A stretch of DNA of 61,671 nucleotides from Halieaceae bacterium (GTDB lineage Bacteria; Pseudomonadota; Gammaproteobacteria; Pseudomonadales; Halieaceae). The notes under the pieces are model-generated. The model saw only the letters and a program-made list of their open reading frames with translations. It did not search any database and was not told the origin of the DNA. This document shows, piece after piece, positions 1 to 7,165 of the stretch. Numbering within the stretch: the stretch's first letter is position 1; each line of letters starts with the position of its first letter. The stretch is taken from assembly GCA_023253715.1 (NCBI GenBank), contig JALRFH010000186.1, positions 1 through 61,671 on the forward strand, in the 5' to 3' direction. The translations under genes were made by a program, and so were the position numbers.

Positions 1-326
1 GAAAGGGTTTGCAAAAAGTTCATGGCGGTGCGTTCGGCCGTCAGCAAGGCGCGGGCAGGGCCGTGAATTGACAGTAGCACTTGGTTGGGCTCGAGCTGGT
101 CGCCGTCTTGTACCTGCCAGTCTATGGTACAGCGCGCGTCGATTTGCTCAAAAACCAAGTTCACCCATGCTTGGCCGGCGAGTACGCCGTGCTCGCGGGT
201 GATTAAGGTGGCGGTCGCCCAGCGATCTTCAGGAATGAGCTGGGCGGTTAAATCGCCGGTGCCCACGTCTTCGGCAATGGCTTTGGTAACGTCTGCTTGG
301 ATGCTTTCTAACGGCGGAAGGTGCAT
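1..326 (-). CDS. nadC: Nicotinate-nucleotide diphosphorylase (quinolinate phosphoribosyltransferase), N-terminal part; runs off the window start
   Basis: Not in ORF track. Manual translation from ATG at 326 gives [31 protein letters not shown]...[20 protein letters not shown], with the NadC AED-GD-T and LLTAERxALNFLQ motifs. Divergent from ampD, the usual arrangement. Confidence 0.95.
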   Translation of the reverse strand, partial: MHLPPLESIQADVTKAIAEDVGTGDLTAQLIPEDRWATATLITREHGVLAGQAWVNLVFEQIDARCTIDWQVQDGDQLEPNQVLLSIHGPARALLTAERTAMNFLQTL

Positions 327-375
327 ACTGTTGTATCTTATTCAATGTAAAACCGAATGATACCAGTACTTAGGC

Positions 376-930
376 ATGAGTATGTACCTAGACCAGGGTT
401 GGTTACGCGATATTGTTCATAAACCTTCGCCAAATTTTAATCAGCGACCACAGGGCGTGCGCCCAGAACTGGTGGTGATCCACAACATTTCGCTGCCGGC
501 GGGGGAGTTTGGCACAGGTTGCATTGAGTCGCTGTTTTGCAACACGCTGGATTGCTCGATCCACGAAAGCTTTAGTGACTTAGTCGGTCTCGCGGTCTCC
601 GCACATTTGCTGATTGATCGCTGCGGCCTTGTCACCCAATTTGTGAGTTTTGATGATCGCGCCTGGCACGCCGGTGTATCGATGTACCAAGGGCGAGAGA
701 ACTGTAACGATTTTAGTATTGGTATTGAACTGGAAGGGACCGACGACTTGGCATACACTGATGCTCAGTACAGCACCTTGCGCCAGGTGTTAGCGGTACT
801 CAGACGCCACTATGACCTAGCCGATGACGCGGTCGTGGGGCATTGCGATATCGCGCCAGAGCGCAAGACCGATCCGGGTGTTGCGTTTGATTGGGGGCGC
901 ATAAGCGACGTGTTAAAGCGCTCCGAGTAG
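376..930 (+). CDS. ampD: 1,6-anhydro-N-acetylmuramyl-L-alanine amidase
   Basis: SPNFNQRP, VIHNISLP, VSAH, RAWHAGVS, CNDFSIGIELEG, GHCDIAPERKTDPG motifs; nadC-ampD-ampE synteny. Confidence 0.96.
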   Translation: MSMYLDQGWLRDIVHKPSPNFNQRPQGVRPELVVIHNISLPAGEFGTGCIESLFCNTLDCSIHESFSDLVGLAVSAHLLIDRCGLVTQFVSFDDRAWHAGVSMYQGRENCNDFSIGIELEGTDDLAYTDAQYSTLRQVLAVLRRHYDLADDAVVGHCDIAPERKTDPGVAFDWGRISDVLKRSE

Positions 931-939
931 GGGAAGATT

Positions 940-1785
940 ATGCTTTATTTGGCTAGCCTGGCCGCTGCCGCTTATTTACTGTTCACGGCGCAGAGAAACC
1001 CTGTGGGGCGCTGGTTTGCTGACCGTGTGGACGATGCCGTTGAGTTCGCTTTAGGACTGGGTTTTGCCGGGCCGGCGCGTTTGTTAGCGGGCCTTGCAGT
1101 ACCTCTTCTGTTATTTACCTTATTGTACGCGTGGCTTCATACGTGGTTTTGGGGCTTGGTTGGGGCGGCGATTGTCGCAGCGGCTGTGTGTGCTGGGGTT
1201 CGCTTTGATTTGGCAAGGCGCTTGATCGATGATCTGCAGATCGACTGGTTGCGCGGTGACGGCAACACGGCTGATTTGCGGCTGGAGCAAGCCCTCGAGG
1301 CATGGCTGCCTAGCGGGGATTCTGAGTCATTGGCGCGCTCGCTAACCTTTCTTGAAAAGGCTTTGTTGCTGGCATTGATCACGGTGTTTTCAGGCGGGTT
1401 TTATTTTATTTTGCTGGGGCCTGTGGGCATTGTGCTGCATTTGTTGGCGGTATTTTACCATCACCGCAGTGAAAGCTCGCGCCCGGATCCCGTGTTAGCT
1501 GCGGTATTGTGGTTGCCCAGTCGTGTGTTGGCTACCACGTTTTTATTGGTGGGCGACTTCGCTGCCGGTGCCCGCGTGGTCGGTGGCCTTTGGACGGATA
1601 CTTCGTTAAGTGTGCATGCCGTATTGTCTCGCGCAGCTTTGGCCGCGGCGCCGAGCCTGGAGGATTTGGATTCCTTTGGGGATAAAAGCAAGTTGCTAAG
1701 TTCCTTTTCGCTGTTAGTGGACTTGTTCCGGCGCAGCGCTGTGGTATGGTTGATCGCTTTCTCACTCTGGGTGTTGCTGTTATGA
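940..1785 (+). CDS. ampE: AmpE-family inner membrane protein
   Basis: Multi-TM hydrophobic protein directly after ampD; WLPSRVLA-TF-LVGDF segment typical of the AmpE/CobD-like family. Confidence 0.75.
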   Translation: MLYLASLAAAAYLLFTAQRNPVGRWFADRVDDAVEFALGLGFAGPARLLAGLAVPLLLFTLLYAWLHTWFWGLVGAAIVAAAVCAGVRFDLARRLIDDLQIDWLRGDGNTADLRLEQALEAWLPSGDSESLARSLTFLEKALLLALITVFSGGFYFILLGPVGIVLHLLAVFYHHRSESSRPDPVLAAVLWLPSRVLATTFLLVGDFAAGARVVGGLWTDTSLSVHAVLSRAALAAAPSLEDLDSFGDKSKLLSSFSLLVDLFRRSAVVWLIAFSLWVLLL

Positions 1786-1815
1786 GGTGGCATTTCCCTC
1801 CGACATTCTAGACAG

Positions 1816-3309
1816 GTGATGGCGAATTACCCGCGCAACCTTCTGGATTTGAAAACGCGACCTCGAGTTGCGGCACCACACTCGGATTACGTTTCGTCGC
1901 CTTTGCCAACCTTCTGCGTGGTTTATCACTCCGACGCCGCTGTGCTGGGCGCACGATGTGTCTTAGTGCCGAATCAAGACTTGGTTCTAGGACGTGAGCT
2001 TGAGTTTACTGATCGGGCAGGTAATCCGTGCTACCCATTGTTGGACCCCTATGTGTCACGGGAGCTCGGCCGGTGCATGTATTCGGCCGAGGGCTTTGTG
2101 ATGACGCGGCGCCCAGGTGCGAGTAGTATCGAATCTCGGAACCGGTCCTTGGGTGCGGAAAATCGATTTGAGCTGACCGAGGACCACTGGTACACCTTGA
2201 ATTGCTCGAACCGCTTGGTTCTAAGCTTAAGGCTCGAATCACCCAGTACCGGCGACCTGGCAGCCATGGACAGTATTGTGGGCAGTAACCCCAAAATTGT
2301 TGCAATGCGCCAGACGATTCGCCGAGTTGCTGCGACCGACGATGATGTGCTGATTACGGGACCCACTGGCGCCGGTAAAGAGGGTGTGGCCACCGAGCTG
2401 CATCGGTTTAGCCAGCGGCGATCTGGGCCTATGGTTGCGGTTAATATGGCGGCCTTACCCTCAGAGCTTGCGGCAGCGGAATTGTTTGGCGCAGAAAAAG
2501 GCGCCTACACGGGTGCTAACAGCAGTAAGCCGGGTTATTTTCGTCAAGCTTCGGGCGGTACTCTGTTCATGGACGAAATTGGTGATGCTGCTCCACAGCT
2601 GCAGTCGCAATTGCTCCGTGCTTTGCAAACCCGTGAAATCCAGGTCCTAGGGGGCTCGACTCAGACCGTTGACGTGCGAGTCGTGGCGGCGACTGAGCTT
2701 CAGACAAACGGTCAGGATGCGTCCATGCGTCAGGCCCTGTATCACCGATTATCGCAACAGCAGATCGAGGTGCCGGCGCTGAATGAACGTTTGGATGATT
2801 TGGGTTTGCTGGCGCACCATTATTGTCAGCAAACAGGTCTAGGCCCGTGGTCGACCGATCAAGACGATACGGCAGTGGCCTCTTGGTGTCAGGTGTTCGT
2901 TGCTCTGATGGCGTACGATTGGCCCGGCAATGTGCGTGAGTTGTTTGCGGTGTTGGGTCAGGTTGCGGTGGCTGAGGGCTATCCGCGTGCGCCGGTTTTG
3001 GGCCTGAAGCGGGTGCAAGAAGACTCTGGCGTGCAAGCGACAGCAGAGCCAATTTCTGACCAGGCGTTTTTAGCTGCTTTAGAGGCTTGCGACTATCAGG
3101 TGAGCAAGCTAGCCGAACATCTTGGAATGTCTCGGCAAAGTATTTACCGACGGCGCGATAAGTTGGGTCTGCCTAGAGCCAAAGATTATACTCGTGCGCA
3201 AGTGATCGCCGCTCTCGACGAAAATAACCAGGATCTGTCTTTGGCGGCGAAGGCCTTGCGCGTGTCGGTGGCGGCTCTGTTGCATCTCTATCCGGAGTTT
3301 GGGGTTTGA
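1816..3309 (+). CDS. Sigma54-dependent enhancer-binding protein (AAA+) with FHA-like N-terminus and two C-terminal HTH-like segments
   Basis: Walker A GPTGAGKE, GAYTGA loop, Walker B FMDEIG, RQALYHRL, WPGNVREL. N-terminal LVLGR...DPYVSR. HTH-like VSKLAEHLGMSRQSIYRR and LSLAAKALRVS. Confidence 0.9.
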   Translation: MMANYPRNLLDLKTRPRVAAPHSDYVSSPLPTFCVVYHSDAAVLGARCVLVPNQDLVLGRELEFTDRAGNPCYPLLDPYVSRELGRCMYSAEGFVMTRRPGASSIESRNRSLGAENRFELTEDHWYTLNCSNRLVLSLRLESPSTGDLAAMDSIVGSNPKIVAMRQTIRRVAATDDDVLITGPTGAGKEGVATELHRFSQRRSGPMVAVNMAALPSELAAAELFGAEKGAYTGANSSKPGYFRQASGGTLFMDEIGDAAPQLQSQLLRALQTREIQVLGGSTQTVDVRVVAATELQTNGQDASMRQALYHRLSQQQIEVPALNERLDDLGLLAHHYCQQTGLGPWSTDQDDTAVASWCQVFVALMAYDWPGNVRELFAVLGQVAVAEGYPRAPVLGLKRVQEDSGVQATAEPISDQAFLAALEACDYQVSKLAEHLGMSRQSIYRRRDKLGLPRAKDYTRAQVIAALDENNQDLSLAAKALRVSVAALLHLYPEFGV

Positions 3310-4661
3310 ACTGGGGGCCATATCGCTTGGTTCGGGTGCTGCATGAGGGCGGTGAGGGTACCAGTGTTCTGGCGGAAACCGACACCGAGCGCTTGGTTCT
3401 TAAATGGGTGTGGCGCGAAGCCCCCATTCATCAGCCGACTCTGGCACGCCTGCAAAAAGCGGCGACCTTAAATCATCATCTGCTGAATGTTCAGCGGGTA
3501 ATTAATGCCGGTGACGCGCAAGTATTTGTCAGTCGATATCAAGATGGTGTTTCGCTTCAAACGGCCCTGAATGATGCGCGTTGTGATAGTCGGGTTCGCT
3601 TGTTTATTGCGGATCAAATCATTGAGGGCTTGGCAGGCTTGCATGAAGCCGGTTTGGTGCACGGTGATTTAAGAGTCGAAAATGTTCGAGTAACGCGCTC
3701 GGGCAGGGTGCTCCTGATGGACGTTGAACAGCTAGTATTGGCGGAGTCGAGTCGCGAGAGCTCGACCAAAATGGTGGCGTTGAACGCCATCACGCCGGAA
3801 CACTTGCGCGCCCAAGGTGCGACCATCGTCAGTGATCAGTTTGCCTTAGCCAGCTTGTTTATCGAATTGTTTACAGGTAAGTCGGCCTTAATAGAAGCGG
3901 GTCAGTTGATACAGGCAAATGTGTTAGATCCGGTATTGCCTGAACCGGGCGCGTGGCAATACTTACCCATTGATCACCATGAGCGGTGGTTCTCAATTCT
4001 GGCAAAGTGGTGGCAGAGTTCTGAGGATCGGCGCCCCAGGGCCCTAAGCGAGCTCAAATCTTTGGTCTATCTGGCCGCAGATGAGCGTGTTCAGCTACGC
4101 ACCACCTTGGCGGATGTCGTGAATGATTTGGCTCCCGTCGCCGTGGCCACGCCAATCGGTTGTGTCGTGCCGCAGTACCCAGAGTCGGAGCGGCTTGCGA
4201 CGAACGGGTGGGCAGGCCTAGAGCTCAAAGCCTTGATGACCATGGCCCTAATGGCGACTTTGCTTGCGGTTTTGATGTTGCCCGGCACTCACATTGCGGG
4301 TGATATGAGTCGGAATCTACTGTGGGTGTGGCTGGATGACGAGGCGCGGCACACGATCTCAGAGGAGTCGCGAGTGTATTTGGAAGAACGCTGGTATAAA
4401 GCTAGCGCACCAAGACGCAGTCATGGAAAACGGTTTTCGTTAGTGTGGTCTGCCAAGGGCGTGACGCTGAACCCGGTAAGGCCGCGTTTGATGGCTCTGG
4501 TTGAATGCGGCGAATTATTCTGTTTTTTCCGACTAAAGCCGGTGCAGGGTGGGCGTGATTCTTGGCACGAGCAGGTACCCGTGCGCGCCTCGCTCAATCG
4601 TTGGGATGCCGTTATCAATCGTGCGATTGCCTTTCATCACAGCCAGTCGGAAGAGGGCTAG
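3306..4661 (+). CDS. Hanks-type Ser/Thr protein kinase-like protein, degenerate, with TM segment and C-terminal extracytoplasmic region
   Basis: GPYRLVRVLHEGGEG, LVLK, LHEAGLVHGDLRVEN, LLMD, TPE, SDQFALA; hydrophobic ALMTMALMATLLAVLML; TTGA overlap with the upstream stop. Confidence 0.8.
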   Translation: MNWGPYRLVRVLHEGGEGTSVLAETDTERLVLKWVWREAPIHQPTLARLQKAATLNHHLLNVQRVINAGDAQVFVSRYQDGVSLQTALNDARCDSRVRLFIADQIIEGLAGLHEAGLVHGDLRVENVRVTRSGRVLLMDVEQLVLAESSRESSTKMVALNAITPEHLRAQGATIVSDQFALASLFIELFTGKSALIEAGQLIQANVLDPVLPEPGAWQYLPIDHHERWFSILAKWWQSSEDRRPRALSELKSLVYLAADERVQLRTTLADVVNDLAPVAVATPIGCVVPQYPESERLATNGWAGLELKALMTMALMATLLAVLMLPGTHIAGDMSRNLLWVWLDDEARHTISEESRVYLEERWYKASAPRRSHGKRFSLVWSAKGVTLNPVRPRLMALVECGELFCFFRLKPVQGGRDSWHEQVPVRASLNRWDAVINRAIAFHHSQSEEG

Positions 4662-4678
4662 GCGTCGATTTGAGGGGG

Positions 4679-5563
4679 CTAGTTTAACCCCGGGAACCGC
4701 CCGCAAAACGCGCGGTATGTCGATTCTAACTGTGGAGTCGCCAAGCCATGCTTGGCGGCAGCGTCCAGTAGCGGAGGCACAATACTGTCGATTTCTGTGC
4801 GTCGATGTTGGTTGACATCTTGCAGCATGGACGAGCGGTTCGCGGCGGTTTTGCGAATCACCTCCCAGCAAGTGTCGTTAAACCCTTTGGCTTGGGTATG
4901 AAAGCCCAGCGCTTCGAGAATCGAGGTGGCTTCCTCAATCGCGCTTTGCGTCGCCTTGGCTTGTGCACCGTTGGCCAGTTCGCCGTTACAACATTGATGT
5001 AGCGCCGTCAGAGGGTTGATCACCGCATTGACGCACAGTTTTTCCCACTGAAAGGCTCGAATATCGTGGTGCCAATAACTGTTGGGTAGGGCTTTCTGCC
5101 AATCCGCGAACCACTCCGGTTCCGGGCCTGAGCCTAAGCGGGTAAGGCCACTGCCACCGTGTACAGTGGTGTAAGGCGCCGTGCGATAGCCGCCTTCTGT
5201 GGTCAGGGCCCAATACACAGAAGCGGGCGTACGTTTTGAAAGTTCCGCTGCATCGATTAAGCCGTTCACCATGACAATTAACTGAGTCTGTTCTGTCAAA
5301 GCGCTTTGTATCGATTCTACCGCCTCGATCACGGCGTAACTTTTGGTGCATACCACCAGTCGCTCAATGTTCGTCTTGCCAGCGTATGGCGCTTGAATTG
5401 TGAAGGTTTCAGGCCGCCCTTGGTATTGAACACGGTGATTGGCTGGAAGCCGCTCGTCACCTTTGGGGATAATCACGCAGGTCTGTCCCGAGCGGCTGAG
5501 CGCCGCGTGCAACAGCTGGCCGATGACGCCGAAGCCCAGGATGTGCCACTTTGGATTAGACAT
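4679..5563 (-). CDS. panE: 2-dehydropantoate 2-reductase (ketopantoate reductase, ApbA/PanE)
   Basis: ILGFGVIG, VCTKSY, WEKLCVNAVINPLTAL, NRSSMLQDV, RTEID motifs. Confidence 0.92.
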   Translation of the reverse strand: MSNPKWHILGFGVIGQLLHAALSRSGQTCVIIPKGDERLPANHRVQYQGRPETFTIQAPYAGKTNIERLVVCTKSYAVIEAVESIQSALTEQTQLIVMVNGLIDAAELSKRTPASVYWALTTEGGYRTAPYTTVHGGSGLTRLGSGPEPEWFADWQKALPNSYWHHDIRAFQWEKLCVNAVINPLTALHQCCNGELANGAQAKATQSAIEEATSILEALGFHTQAKGFNDTCWEVIRKTAANRSSMLQDVNQHRRTEIDSIVPPLLDAAAKHGLATPQLESTYRAFCGRFPGLN

Positions 5564-6359
5564 GGTGCGCTTGTCGGGTCTGATAGTAATTGGAAGACCG
5601 CATTGTAGCGCAGTGCCATAGGATTGCGAGATCGGCGTAGATCCCCATAAAGACTTTCAGCTGATGACCGGCAAAGTCGGAGATTAGACTTGGCTCATAG
5701 TGTTGTAGTAATTGGTGCTGAGATCGGTCGTCCAAGCGTTGGGACTCGGCGTAAATGGCCAAATCCCACCATAGCGGGGCTAGGCAATGATACTCCCAGT
5801 CAATCAATATTGGCTGCCCCTGAAGTTGCAACATGTTGGCGGCCACGGGGTCCCCGTGGCTTTGAACAAGGGGAGTTTTACACGTGGCAAAATGCTGTGC
5901 AGCCCTTCGCATCTTGGTGCGTTGGGACGCTTGTTGCCAGGGTTGATGTTCAGGCGGGCACAGATTCCACCAGTAATGGAAAGCGTGCTGGATGTCTAAT
6001 GGCTGACTCAGCTTGGGGAGTTGATGGCAGCGTTTGATCAGTTGTGCGGCTTGATCAAGTCCGCTGTTCGACACCTGCGCTCTGGGCAACAACAGGCTTT
6101 GCGTTTGCGGCGAGCATGCTACGGCGTGTGGTGCAATACCATATTGTGCGGCGATCTGCTGTACACTGAGTTCTTGCCACCACTGGGGTTCAGGGCGCTG
6201 GATTTTGGGCCAGCGGGCGACCCAATCAACCCCGAGATTGGAAAAGCCCAGGAGATTGTGTCCCGAGCCTTGCATGCGCTCAAAAACGTCGACACCGAGG
6301 TCTGTACCGAGTAACTCGGCTATGATTTGGTGTTCTGTGCTAGATAATGTTGTCGCCAT
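5556..6359 (-). CDS. Choline/thiamine kinase-family phosphotransferase (ThiK-like)
   Basis: SHGDPVAANML and ILIDWEY motifs of the APH/choline kinase fold; follows pnuC in a TPP-riboswitch operon. Start moved to ATG 6359 (ORF track start 6419 lies deeper inside pnuC). Confidence 0.78.
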   Translation of the reverse strand: MATTLSSTEHQIIAELLGTDLGVDVFERMQGSGHNLLGFSNLGVDWVARWPKIQRPEPQWWQELSVQQIAAQYGIAPHAVACSPQTQSLLLPRAQVSNSGLDQAAQLIKRCHQLPKLSQPLDIQHAFHYWWNLCPPEHQPWQQASQRTKMRRAAQHFATCKTPLVQSHGDPVAANMLQLQGQPILIDWEYHCLAPLWWDLAIYAESQRLDDRSQHQLLQHYEPSLISDFAGHQLKVFMGIYADLAILWHCATMRSSNYYQTRQAHHV

Positions 6360-6898
6360 GTCCGATAACCTAGCACAGCCAAAAGAACGTACAAGCCGAA
6401 TAATCCCACGGTCACCCAAAGTTCACTGTTGGCGTAGAGCTGCATTGACGCCAAGTCGATCACGATCCAATACAACCAGTTTTCGAGTATTTTTATCGCC
6501 ACTAGGTAGGTAGTGATCACTGCACCCCATGTGGTGAATGAGTCTAAATAGGGTTGCGCGGCCTCGGTACTGTGAGAGAGCCAGTAGCCGCTGCCGAGGG
6601 TCAGTGCCGCAATGCCGATGATGACTAGGCTGTGTTGTCGGGGTGTGAGTCTCTGAATGTGACGTTCTTGGCCGGCAGCGCCAGAGCGCCATTGCCAATA
6701 GCCGTACACCGCCATAATCAGATAATACACCTGCAGTGCGCTCTCCATCATGAGCTTGGCGTCCCAAAACAGCCATAGGAATAAACTGGTGCTGATAAAG
6801 GCCATGGCCCAGCAGGCTATGTGTTCGCGCATGGCAAGTAGCAAGTAGGCCAAGCCGAACCCAACGGCGAGCCATTCAATAAGGTTGGCACTGCTCAT
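6320..6898 (-). CDS. pnuC: PnuC-family transporter, probably thiamine-specific (PnuT)
   Basis: LQVYY-MAVYGYWQW, PYLDSFTT, KILENWLYWIVID PnuC motifs; substrate inferred from the TPP riboswitch. Confidence 0.9.
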   Translation of the reverse strand: MSSANLIEWLAVGFGLAYLLLAMREHIACWAMAFISTSLFLWLFWDAKLMMESALQVYYLIMAVYGYWQWRSGAAGQERHIQRLTPRQHSLVIIGIAALTLGSGYWLSHSTEAAQPYLDSFTTWGAVITTYLVAIKILENWLYWIVIDLASMQLYANSELWVTVGLFGLYVLLAVLGYRTWRQHYLAQNTKS

Positions 6899-7155
6899 TC
6901 GCTTTGGTCCAAGCTGAAGTCACCCGGAATAAATTTAGCGGTCAAGACTTGTTTGCCAAAGCGTTCGAAACTGGTGTTGAGCGCGTTGTGTATGACGTGT
7001 AGCACGAGTGTCGCCTCGCCGCTGATTTGGGTGCTCATCGCGTTGCGGCGCACGGTCAGTGACGGGTGTTGCTCAAGCTCAGCAATAAAGCTCAACACAA
7101 TTTCGATGTAGTTTTGATGTAAGGGGTACAGGCTCAGTTCAGCGGTCAGTTGCAT
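6895..7155 (-). CDS. YkoF/Thiamine_BP-like thiamine or HMP-binding protein
   Basis: MQLTAELSLYPL...FIAEL...NAMSTQISG pattern; ATG at 7155 has a GAGGG RBS; located in the thiamine operon. Confidence 0.75.
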   Translation of the reverse strand: MQLTAELSLYPLHQNYIEIVLSFIAELEQHPSLTVRRNAMSTQISGEATLVLHVIHNALNTSFERFGKQVLTAKFIPGDFSLDQSE

Positions 7156-7165
7156 GCAGTATCCC

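Noticed and set aside
85-360. 91-aa plus-strand ORF
   Set aside because: Antisense shadow of nadC, which has clear motifs on the minus strand.
1786-4678. Mobile element carrying the activator/kinase pair
   Set aside because: No transposase, integrase, terminal repeats or target duplication visible at either flank.
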